Part shown: positions 36,242 through 45,088 of the stretch, piece by piece
How positions within the stretch are numbered: position 1 is the first letter of the stretch
Layout of the letters: each line of letters begins with the position of its first letter
From: a virus
Virus record (IMG/VR): IMGVR_UViG_3300032053_000013
Location: 32,001 to 96,000 of that record
DNA length: 64,000 bases
Strand: one strand, 5' to 3'
Translations under genes and position numbers: made by a program
Notes under the pieces: generated by a model
The model's input: only the letters and a program-made list of their open reading frames with translations
The model's database searches: none
Told to the model about the DNA's origin: nothing

Positions 36242-39200
36242 GTGACTACCAGGCCGACGGACTTCCCTGGGGTGGTGATCGACCCCTACAGGCAGTGCGT
36301 GGTGAACCAGGTGGAGTGGGGCCGGTTCCCCGTGCGCGTCTGCGAGTGCTTCTCCGAGTGCACGAACCCGGGCTCCCCCCTGCCCATGATCGTGGAGTGC
36401 TTCATCTACGGGCCGGGGCTCGGCCACGAGGACAGGGGGTGCCCCGAGATCACGGGAGGGGCGCTCGGCGTGACCCTCGGGACGCTGGAGCCCTCCTTCT
36501 TCGTCAAGCTCGACCTGCTCTCCGACAGGGACCTACTGGCCGGGGGGTGGACCACGGCGAACACCGCGCTCCGGTTCAACCTCCACATCGGGCAGCCCGT
36601 GGCGAACTGCGAGGTCTACCTCGAGGACGGGACGGGCAAGAGGGCCTGGGTCTCCTTCGCCCCGTCGGTGGGCGCGGTCCTCTGGGTCAGCCTCCCCCTG
36701 GACGAGTTCACCATCCTGACGCCCGGGTTCTCCTTCGGCGCCGTGCGGTACATCTACTTCGGGTTCCGCCAGAACTACCAGACGTCCAACTGCATGATGG
36801 CCCTGGACAACGTGCGGGTCTGCCACAACCAGGCGGGGGTCGGGGACATGTCCTTCGAGGCGGACTCCCTCCCCTACGGGTCGAACAACCTCGGCGACGA
36901 CTGCACGATGCTGGAGGAGTTCAGCGACGAGCAGGCCATCGGGAGGGTCGAGTGCGACGCGGACGACCCGCAGGTGGCGCCGACCCCCGAGTGCGACGTG
37001 TGCGTCCTCGGGCCCCCGCTGGTGAGCGAGCGCTTCGCGGTCCACTTCTGCGTCGACGAGCCGGGGCCCTACCCGCCGAGCATCAGGTACGTCCCCGCCG
37101 CCGCGTTCGCCCTGACGGCGAACGTCACCTTCACGGCCTACTCGTGGAGGCCCGGCGTGAACTGCCGTGTGTGGCTGGTGGACGACCAGGGGAGGAGGGC
37201 GAGGTACGACTTCGTGGCCGTGGGCGGGTCGCAGACCATGACCGTCGCCTGGGCCGACTTCACGCTCCTGGACGCGCTGGTCGACTGGGGGAACGTCGCG
37301 GCCTGGTGGACGGTATTCGGGACCGCGGGGGTCAACGACACGGACAAGTTCGCCCTCGACAGGCTCCTAACGAACAGCGGGGCCGTGGTCGTCAACCCGA
37401 TGGAGACCCTGACGGACATCGAGTGCGGGTACGACGAGGAGCCCCAGGAGCCCATCTTCGCCATCGAGTGCAGCTACATCCAGAGGCTCTCCATCCTCAA
37501 CGGGGGGCCGAACCCGGTCAGATTCGACTCCCTTCAGTGGAACAGGGCCCTGTCGGTGGCGACGGTGAGCCAGGTCTGCCTCGACCCGCAGGGGTACTGG
37601 AACCTCGGGGTGGCGCTGAACAACGGGACGGCCGAGTTCCAGGTCGCGCTCGACTTCCAAGTTGGGCCGAACGCCGGGTCCCTCCGGGAGATCCGGTTCT
37701 CCATGTGGGACGAGGTGGGCCGCCAGTTCGTCGTGGGGATCCGGCCCGAGAACGTCGTCAACCCCGGGGACAACCTCTTCACCATCCAGACGGGAGGGGG
37801 GAACGTCTCGGAGCCCACGCAGGAGTCGAAGGGCAGTTTCAACTCCGGGAGGGTGGTGTTCTGGCAGATGGAGTTCCTGGGGTCGACGCCCCTGGAGACG
37901 TACCCCTTCGTGGTGAACGTCGAGGGGTTCCGGTTCAGGGGCGCCCCGGCGAGCCCGTGGGCGTGGACGTTCCTCTTCAACGACTACGCCGACGTCCCGG
38001 CTTTCCAGGCGGCGGGCGGGCTCGCCTGCTACGACGACTACCGGCTCGTCAACATCTACCCCGACGACACCCCGTTCTCCTTCCTGGTGGGGGCGGGGGT
38101 GACGGCGAACGACGCCGCACCGGGGTACCCCGTGCGGAACGTGGGGGTGGACAGGGGCAGGATGCCGATAGCCGTGGCGGGGCAGGAGGTCAGGGCGGAG
38201 CGGGTCTTCGGGACGCCGTGGAACGTCGGGCCCGACCCCTGGACGTCGGTCGTCCTGTGGTACCGGGCGCGGCCAGACCCAGGGCCCCCGGCGAGGATGC
38301 ACCTGGTGCTTCAGGACGACGCGGGGAGGACCGCGACCTACTCTTTCGACAACGGGAGCGGGGCCCTCGACGCCGACGGGGTGAGGCAGTTCACCACCGC
38401 GAGGGGCAGCTTCGACGAGCCCATCGGGAACGTCGGGATCCTCATCCGTCTCGTCCGGCTCGTGAAGGAGGGGGTCGACAACTGGTCGAGGCCGATCCCC
38501 GACGTGGGGTCGAGGGCGAATCAGTACTCCGGGGACGAGGTTGACCTCGTGCGGGTCTTGGCCCTTGGAAGCGGGGGCGTCGCCCAGAACGGGGCGGCGG
38601 GCGGGGCCTCCACCATGGCGAACGTCGTCAACGGGTCCATCGGGGCGATGGGTGGGGACGACCAGCCGTCCCTGTTCGACGGGCACGTCCACCACCAGAC
38701 GGAGCCGGGGGACGACCCGCCGGGGTGGCCCTTCACGCGGGGGCCGGACCTTCCCTACACGCCGGAGTTCGACGGGTACCTGGAGATCAACAAGTTGGCC
38801 CAGGGGCCGACGGCGAAGTTGTCGGCCCTCCTGGTGGACGCGGGGGTCATCGACATTTCCATCTTCAACGGGGACCCCCTCGCGTGCGTGTTCGTCCTCC
38901 TCGCGGGGACGAACTACGGAAGCGGGGTGCAGCTGCACACCATCCGGGACGTCCGCCTCGACCTCCACGACGACCTCGGAGGGACCCTGAGCATCCCGTT
39001 GGGGTCCCCGAACTCGGGCCTGATGTTCCAGCCCACCTGGTGGATGGGGTACCCCTTCGCCTGCCTGAACACGTCGGACTTCCAGGTGCGGGAGCAGCTC
39101 ACCGCGATGTGCTTCAACCTGGGCGACGGGTCCACGACGGGGTTCGACTGGACGAGGCTCCAGTCCTACGACATCGTCTCGGAGAGCGGGTGGAGCACGA

Positions 39201-42073
39201 GCAAGACGTGGTTCTTCCAGGTCTTCATCGGGGAGTGGGACGGCATCAACCAGTTCAGCTGCAACTGGAACCGCACCTCCTGGAAGAGGCTCCTCGGGTT
39301 CGTGAACCCGTCGAACCAGGTTGACGTGGGCAGGAAGCTCGACCCGAAGATGACGCCCCTGATCGCCCTCAACTGCGACAAGAGCAGGCCCATCGCCTAC
39401 TGGGGGATGGCGGAGGGGGCGGTCCGGGCGGCGGAGATCGTCCTGGTCCCCGCCAAGTACAGGGACGACGACATCGTCGGGGTCGACGGGAACAGGGGGT
39501 ACGACGAGTTCGGGGACCCGCTGCCGGGGGTGCTGGAGGCCCTCGCCAGGGACACGCGGGCCTGGTACGGGAACGTCGCCTTCCAGGCGGCGCCCTTCGC
39601 CGGGTGCCGCAACATCTGGATGGACATCTGCTACATCGACGAGGTGGAGTGCCTCGGGACGGACCTGACGAAGGCCCTGTACCAGTTCTGGGACACGGAG
39701 TGTCCGTGCTACGGGACGCCCGAGGAGATTTCCAACCTCGCGACCGACCGCTGGATGGACCGGATCCTGCCCGACGACCAGTTCATACTGGAGCCCGGGG
39801 GGATGGCGCTGCCCTACGGCTACCCCGAGGCCATCCGGTTCGAGTACTGCGGGGTCCCGGACCTGGACGTGGCGGCGCAGGACGACACGGACCCGGCCTT
39901 CACCTTCAAGAGGGAGACTCCCTCCTGCGCCAGGCCGGACGACCCGATCAACCTGACGTACGGCCACTACGTCGCGAGGGTCACCCTCACGGCGAAGCAG
40001 GCTCCGATCACGGTCAACTGGGCGGACGTCCTGCCCGCGGGGGAGGCCCTGGTCCAGGGGGCCATGGCCGAGATCATCACGCTCGTTAACGTCGGGGACG
40101 TGGCGGTCAGGGAGTACATGCTGAGGACCGCGCAGCTCCAGGGGGGGAGCGCGGCGATCGCCGGGGCGGCCGTCGTCGCGCCGAGCCCCGCCGTCACCCT
40201 CGCCTCCCCGCCGACCACGATGGACATCAACTGCGACACGCTCTCCTGGCACTCCTTCGGGAGCCAGGACCCGAACGTCTACGGGGTGGCGTACTGGGCG
40301 GGCGGCGGCAGGCCGGACCCGGTGGTCCCGCCGGGGGTCGGCCTGTGGGCGAAGGTGTGGGCGGGGCCGGGGTCCGCGGGGCTGAGCGTCAGGGAGCAGT
40401 ACCTCTTCGCGGACGCCACGATCCCCGCGCAGGCCGGGCCGTTCACGGTAGTGTTCAATCTCGGGGGGACCGGGATCGAGGGGTTCTCCCCGGGCCTCCC
40501 GGTGTGGGTCTTCAACACGGACTTCGTGGACAACCCCGTGCGGAGGATCTCGGGACTCGACATCGAGGCGCAGGAGTCGTCCGCCAACCCGGACGAGGAG
40601 GTCACGGGCCTGTACGGGGTCGTCGACTCGATCGACCCCGTGCTCATGACGGTCTCGGTGCGGTTCCCCGACACCCTGGACCAGCAGGTCCGGTTCACCA
40701 CGCTGGCGAAGGCCTGCGTCATGGTGGCCCCGGCCCAGTCGAGGGGCTACTACTGGGAGGCGAGCCCAGGGATGGTGGACCTCTGCAAGATGGAGGTGCC
40801 GCCCGTGCACACGGCCATCCGGTGGGGGTACCGCTACTGGAACGCGACGAAGTACCCGGCGCCGGGGACGAGCGGGGCGGCCTACGTCTGCGACGGGGAC
40901 GGGGAGAGCTACCTGTACGAGCTCCACGGGGAGGCGCCGAAGGACATCATCAACCCGGTGGACTGGATGGACCTCCTGTGCAGCCCCGTGCTGGAGACCA
41001 AGCTGCTGAACGACGCCCTGCCAGGGCAGAACGACGTGCGGGTCTGCGACATCTGCCTGTTCGCCCCGTGCGACATCATCCAGATCGTGGACCTCGCCTG
41101 CACCGGCAGGGAGGGCGGGGGGGCGGGGTACGTCGGGGCGGTGGTGGCCACCGTCTCGGACGACCCGGGGAAGTCGTGCGCCAGCCTGTACGCGGTCGAG
41201 GGGCACGTGCTGATCGTCCCCAAGATCCTGACGTCCGTGGCCGGGTGCGGGACGATCGACGGGTACAAGACCACGCGCAAGGCCAGGGCGTTCGTGAGGC
41301 CCGACGTGGCGCGGTACGCATACAGCCCGACCACGAAGTGCCTGCCGGACGGGAGCCCCGTGGAGGGGCCGAACTTCGTCTGCGTGGACTTCGAGGGGGG
41401 GAAGTTCACCTTCTACCCCCTGGTGGTGGCGAACAACCCGTGCGCCTGCTTCAGGTCCCTCCAGTCCAGCGTCAGGCTGAACGTGCAGGAGCCGGGGATC
41501 TACTTCCTGAAGGGGATCGACAAGAGCGGGTGCCTGAGCCCGCCGAGCAAGCCCATCAAGATCGTCGGGGCGGGGGCGGAGCCGAACACCTGCGGCGTGG
41601 GCCTCTCCCCCACCCTGCTGACCCACAAGACCTTCGGGGACCCGGGGACGGAGGAGGACTTCGTGGGGCCGCCGCCCGCGTACATCGAGATCGCCGGGTC
41701 GACCATCACCTTCGCCCTCGCGACCTGGTCGCGGGTGGAGATCAGGGCGTCCCTCTTCGGGTTCGACGTCCTCTTCGGGAGCAAGGGCGGTCTGGACGCC
41801 GCGGGGTGGACCGAGCTCTGGGCCAGGGACATGACCTCCGGCATCTACTACAGGCTCGCGGACCGCATGACGTACGGGTACACCGCCGACGTACCCGCCG
41901 CCCAGACGGACTCCGGGGCCGGGTCCGTGTGCTCCAGGGTCATGGACCTCGCGGCGGGGGCCTACACGTTCAACCTCTACATCAAGAACGGGAACCCGCC
42001 GTCGGCAGCGAGGATCCGGTACCCGGTGGACGTCCAGGCCTGGAGATTCGGGCTCTGCGCCCCTCCGACGTAG
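36242..42073 (+). CDS. Giant (1943 aa) Cys-rich virion protein with tandem CBM-like domains
   Basis: Repeated L.D..G+.A...F jelly-roll-like modules; modules homologous to the C-terminal part of 33667-36231. Confidence 0.65.
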   Translation: MTTRPTDFPGVVIDPYRQCVVNQVEWGRFPVRVCECFSECTNPGSPLPMIVECFIYGPGLGHEDRGCPEITGGALGVTLGTLEPSFFVKLDLLSDRDLLAGGWTTANTALRFNLHIGQPVANCEVYLEDGTGKRAWVSFAPSVGAVLWVSLPLDEFTILTPGFSFGAVRYIYFGFRQNYQTSNCMMALDNVRVCHNQAGVGDMSFEADSLPYGSNNLGDDCTMLEEFSDEQAIGRVECDADDPQVAPTPECDVCVLGPPLVSERFAVHFCVDEPGPYPPSIRYVPAAAFALTANVTFTAYSWRPGVNCRVWLVDDQGRRARYDFVAVGGSQTMTVAWADFTLLDALVDWGNVAAWWTVFGTAGVNDTDKFALDRLLTNSGAVVVNPMETLTDIECGYDEEPQEPIFAIECSYIQRLSILNGGPNPVRFDSLQWNRALSVATVSQVCLDPQGYWNLGVALNNGTAEFQVALDFQVGPNAGSLREIRFSMWDEVGRQFVVGIRPENVVNPGDNLFTIQTGGGNVSEPTQESKGSFNSGRVVFWQMEFLGSTPLETYPFVVNVEGFRFRGAPASPWAWTFLFNDYADVPAFQAAGGLACYDDYRLVNIYPDDTPFSFLVGAGVTANDAAPGYPVRNVGVDRGRMPIAVAGQEVRAERVFGTPWNVGPDPWTSVVLWYRARPDPGPPARMHLVLQDDAGRTATYSFDNGSGALDADGVRQFTTARGSFDEPIGNVGILIRLVRLVKEGVDNWSRPIPDVGSRANQYSGDEVDLVRVLALGSGGVAQNGAAGGASTMANVVNGSIGAMGGDDQPSLFDGHVHHQTEPGDDPPGWPFTRGPDLPYTPEFDGYLEINKLAQGPTAKLSALLVDAGVIDISIFNGDPLACVFVLLAGTNYGSGVQLHTIRDVRLDLHDDLGGTLSIPLGSPNSGLMFQPTWWMGYPFACLNTSDFQVREQLTAMCFNLGDGSTTGFDWTRLQSYDIVSESGWSTSKTWFFQVFIGEWDGINQFSCNWNRTSWKRLLGFVNPSNQVDVGRKLDPKMTPLIALNCDKSRPIAYWGMAEGAVRAAEIVLVPAKYRDDDIVGVDGNRGYDEFGDPLPGVLEALARDTRAWYGNVAFQAAPFAGCRNIWMDICYIDEVECLGTDLTKALYQFWDTECPCYGTPEEISNLATDRWMDRILPDDQFILEPGGMALPYGYPEAIRFEYCGVPDLDVAAQDDTDPAFTFKRETPSCARPDDPINLTYGHYVARVTLTAKQAPITVNWADVLPAGEALVQGAMAEIITLVNVGDVAVREYMLRTAQLQGGSAAIAGAAVVAPSPAVTLASPPTTMDINCDTLSWHSFGSQDPNVYGVAYWAGGGRPDPVVPPGVGLWAKVWAGPGSAGLSVREQYLFADATIPAQAGPFTVVFNLGGTGIEGFSPGLPVWVFNTDFVDNPVRRISGLDIEAQESSANPDEEVTGLYGVVDSIDPVLMTVSVRFPDTLDQQVRFTTLAKACVMVAPAQSRGYYWEASPGMVDLCKMEVPPVHTAIRWGYRYWNATKYPAPGTSGAAYVCDGDGESYLYELHGEAPKDIINPVDWMDLLCSPVLETKLLNDALPGQNDVRVCDICLFAPCDIIQIVDLACTGREGGGAGYVGAVVATVSDDPGKSCASLYAVEGHVLIVPKILTSVAGCGTIDGYKTTRKARAFVRPDVARYAYSPTTKCLPDGSPVEGPNFVCVDFEGGKFTFYPLVVANNPCACFRSLQSSVRLNVQEPGIYFLKGIDKSGCLSPPSKPIKIVGAGAEPNTCGVGLSPTLLTHKTFGDPGTEEDFVGPPPAYIEIAGSTITFALATWSRVEIRASLFGFDVLFGSKGGLDAAGWTELWARDMTSGIYYRLADRMTYGYTADVPAAQTDSGAGSVCSRVMDLAAGAYTFNLYIKNGNPPSAARIRYPVDVQAWRFGLCAPPT

Positions 42074-42084
42074 TGAGGTGAAGG

Positions 42085-42312
42085 ATGGACATGGGGACGA
42101 GGGGGGACCGGAGGGAGGTGTGGGTGGTCTACAACCGCCTCTCCGGGTCGGTGCTGGCGGTCCTCCGCGGGGAGCCCGTAAGGGACGCGTTCCCCCCGTC
42201 GAAGTACGGAGCCGTCAAGGCGTCGCTGAGCGCCGCGGAGATCGGGAAGGCGCACCAGCTCCGGGTCGAGGGGGGGAGGGTGGTCCACGCACCGTCCCTG
42301 GCGGGGATCTGA
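42085..42312 (+). CDS. Small fibre chaperone-like protein
   Basis: VWVVYNRLSGSVL resembles the N-terminus of the 32522 protein. Confidence 0.5.
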   Translation: MDMGTRGDRREVWVVYNRLSGSVLAVLRGEPVRDAFPPSKYGAVKASLSAAEIGKAHQLRVEGGRVVHAPSLAGI

Positions 42313-42316
42313 CGTC

Positions 42317-42345
42317 TTGCACCCCCCGGGGGCCGGTGGTAGGAT
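42317..42345 (+). promoter_or_regulatory. Promoter TTGCAC-N17-TAGGAT with extended -10
   Basis: Intergenic, upstream of 42393. Confidence 0.55.
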
Positions 42346-42392
42346 TGAGTCCTACGGGAGAGCAGTGACAGGACGTAGTCAGGAGGACGCCG

Positions 42393-42632
42393 ATGCCCAT
42401 TCCCATCATCACCGAGGACATCTCGTTCCAGCACATCTCCAGCCCGCTGGGCAACCCCGGCTCGCCGTTCGACAAGGCGCTGTGCAACCGGGACTACATC
42501 GTCTCGGCGTACATCAAGAAGATCAACCCGAGCTACCCGAAGATCAGCCTCGCGGACGAGGTCATGGCCCAGTGCAAGGCCGTGTTCCCCGGCTTCGGCG
42601 ACTTCGGGCCTGGCGGCGGCCCCCTGGCGTAG
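42393..42632 (+). CDS. Small hypothetical protein in its own transcription unit
   Basis: 79 aa, SD AGGAGG, promoter upstream and terminator downstream. Confidence 0.7.
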   Translation: MPIPIITEDISFQHISSPLGNPGSPFDKALCNRDYIVSAYIKKINPSYPKISLADEVMAQCKAVFPGFGDFGPGGGPLA

Positions 42633-42663
42633 GGAACGCGCTGAGCGTGCATCCGATAAGGGA

Positions 42664-42692
42664 GTGGGCGGAGGATGGTCTCCGCCCATTTT
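42664..42692 (+). terminator. Probable terminator
   Basis: TGGGCGGAGG-ATGG-TCTCCGCCCA followed by TTTT. Confidence 0.55.
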
Positions 42693-42708
42693 CCTATGGG
42701 GATGGGCC

Positions 42709-43641
42709 ATGAAACGCGCACTTTTGGTCGGCATCAATAGGTATCCAGGTGCCCCCTTACGCGGGGCGCTGAACGACGTCGAGGACTGGCACGGGGTCCT
42801 CGCGGCGCGAGGGGGGTACTCCCCGGACAACATCAGGGCGGTGTGCGACGAGCGGGCCACGACGCAGGGCATACGGGACCGCATGGCGTGGCTCAGGGAG
42901 GGGCTGAAGGGGCCCGGCGACGAGGTCTTCTTCGCCTTCTCGGGACACGGCTCCCAGGTCCGCGACAGGGGCGTCCTCGACGAGCTCGCGGACAACCTGG
43001 ACGAGATCCTCGTGCCCGTGGACATCGACTGGAACACCAGGGTCATCACGGACGACGACGTCGGGGACTGGCTCAAGACCTTCCCGGCGGGGGCCAAGAT
43101 CACGGTGGTCTTGGATTGCTGCAACAGCGGATCCGGGACCAGGGGGCTCAGGCCCCCCCAGGAGAACCCGCACTACAAGGCAGACCGATACCTCCCGCCG
43201 CCCCTGGACATCGCCCTCAGGGCCGGTGGGCTCGCCACGCGGAGGGGCGTGGAGGTCGGCGTCAGGATAGGGTGCGGGCACGGGAAGAGGAACGGCTGGA
43301 GGGAGGCCAAGGCGAACGGCAAGAAGAAGAGCCTGTTCTGGTGGAGGAATCCGAGCCCGAGGCCCAAGCCCGCCCCGATTTCCACCCCTGCCCCGGCGCT
43401 GAGCCACGTCCTCATCTCCGGCTGCCGGAGCGACCAGACCAGCGCGGACGCGCTCATCAACGGGAGGTACAACGGAGCCCTGTCGCGCTTCCTCATCGAC
43501 GCGGTCAGGATGTCCCCGAAGGGGACGCCGATGGCGGCCGTCCAGGCCGAGGCGAGGAAGGCGATCATCCTGGCCGGGTACACCCAGGAGTCGCAGATCG
43601 AGGGGCCGGAGTTCCTGCTCAAGGCCCCGTTCTTCATGTAG
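42709..43641 (+). CDS. Caspase-family (C14, metacaspase-like) cysteine protease
   Basis: KRALLVGINRY, LRGALNDV, FAFSGHGSQ (His), VLDCCNSG (Cys), ISGCRSDQTSADA, YNGALS. Confidence 0.92.
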   Translation: MKRALLVGINRYPGAPLRGALNDVEDWHGVLAARGGYSPDNIRAVCDERATTQGIRDRMAWLREGLKGPGDEVFFAFSGHGSQVRDRGVLDELADNLDEILVPVDIDWNTRVITDDDVGDWLKTFPAGAKITVVLDCCNSGSGTRGLRPPQENPHYKADRYLPPPLDIALRAGGLATRRGVEVGVRIGCGHGKRNGWREAKANGKKKSLFWWRNPSPRPKPAPISTPAPALSHVLISGCRSDQTSADALINGRYNGALSRFLIDAVRMSPKGTPMAAVQAEARKAIILAGYTQESQIEGPEFLLKAPFFM

Positions 43642-43650
43642 GAGGCGCAC

Positions 43651-44517
43651 ATGACGGTTCCGTACTTCACCCCCGAGGACAAGAGCATCTACGGCACGTT
43701 CGCCGATGAGTACCAGAGGCTCCTCGACAACATCGCGAGCGGCTTCGCCAACGTGGGGTCCGAGGAGAAGATGATGGACGCTGGCGGGGCCGGGGTGGGC
43801 TACGTCCACTTCCTTTCGCAGCCCGACGCCGAGGACGCCATCATGATCGACGGGCAGATCTACCGCTACTTCCAGGGGTCGCCCCCGAGGCCCCCGCGCC
43901 CGCCGTGGCGTCCGCCGTGGAGGCCGATACCCCGCCCCCGCGAGCCCTTCCTCCCGAGGGAGATCCTCCCGAGGGAGATCCCGTCCGGCGAGTTCGACGT
44001 GGGGATCATCATCGGGAACGACGTCGAGCAGACCATCGACCGCACCGCCGCCGCGATCGAGGGCAACATCTACACGGGCGTCCGGGGCATCCGGGCGGTC
44101 AACGGGGCCGGGCCGGTCCTCCTCCTGGCGGCCAGGTGGGCGGGGGCCGACTCCAACTTCCCGATCGAGGAGAGCACGGGCGGTGTCCGCATGGTGGTGG
44201 GCGAGGGCGAGGCGCGGAGCGCCGCGACCCCCCGCCAGAGGAAGGTCGTGACCTGCAACTACGCCATGAACGGGCGCGACATCGCGGCCCTGGCGGCGCC
44301 GTGCGAGATACCGATCATGTGCTGCATCGCCAGCACCTCCCCGCAGTTCGGGGGGGCGATCCTTTTGCGGGGGATGGGCCTCAACGTGGTCCCCTTCACG
44401 ACGGACGTCGGCTTCGGCGTCCGGCAGATCGGGGACGAGCTCTGGATCATCACGATTCACGACCTGGGCGGGGTCATCCAGGAAGGCGACGCCATGCTCG
44501 TGACCGCGTGGACGTAA
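43651..44517 (+). CDS. Hypothetical virion-associated protein with Pro/Arg-rich insert
   Basis: 288 aa; N-terminal YFTPEDKSIYG motif shared with 44551 and 45089. Confidence 0.6.
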   Translation: MTVPYFTPEDKSIYGTFADEYQRLLDNIASGFANVGSEEKMMDAGGAGVGYVHFLSQPDAEDAIMIDGQIYRYFQGSPPRPPRPPWRPPWRPIPRPREPFLPREILPREIPSGEFDVGIIIGNDVEQTIDRTAAAIEGNIYTGVRGIRAVNGAGPVLLLAARWAGADSNFPIEESTGGVRMVVGEGEARSAATPRQRKVVTCNYAMNGRDIAALAAPCEIPIMCCIASTSPQFGGAILLRGMGLNVVPFTTDVGFGVRQIGDELWIITIHDLGGVIQEGDAMLVTAWT

Positions 44518-44550
44518 CCCGCCGAAGGCGGAGAGAAGAAGGAGGACAAG

Positions 44551-44991
44551 ATGGGAGCCTACGTAAGACCTGACAAGGCGATCCGGGAGAACATCATCGT
44601 CAAGATGGAGGAGGACCGCGACGCGATCCAGGCCGCCTTCTCCTCCAGCCTCGTCGAGACCTCGGTGGACTTCATCAACGACGCCCCCCCGGTGGGCGGC
44701 GACGTGCGGATCAGGATGGCGCTGGGCACGATGACACCCGTGTCGGGGTTCTGCTGCTGCATGCCGGGGACCGGACCCGGGGCGACCATGGACATCAAGA
44801 TCGGCACCCCCGGAGGCCCCTCGATCCTGACGGCCCCGGCCCCGATCGCCTCGACCCCCGGCGTCCCGGTGCCGCTGTCGTTCGTCCCCGGAGTGTCGAT
44901 CCCGGCGGGCACCCCGATCTGCTACGTCCTGACGGACATCGGCGCGCCGGTGATCTTCCCGACGGCGAACGTGCAGTGGCTCGTGAGCTGA
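44551..44991 (+). CDS. Hypothetical beta-rich protein
   Basis: 146 aa; N-terminal PDKAIRENII motif; jelly-roll-like C-terminus. Confidence 0.6.
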   Translation: MGAYVRPDKAIRENIIVKMEEDRDAIQAAFSSSLVETSVDFINDAPPVGGDVRIRMALGTMTPVSGFCCCMPGTGPGATMDIKIGTPGGPSILTAPAPIASTPGVPVPLSFVPGVSIPAGTPICYVLTDIGAPVIFPTANVQWLVS

Positions 44992-45088
44992 CGCATTCGA
45001 TGCCGTAGCAGGATTCCCAAAGGAACCAGCCAGCGGGTCGCGGGAGCCGGAATATAAGCCCGGCCCCTGAATTAGGGGGAGAAGACCA

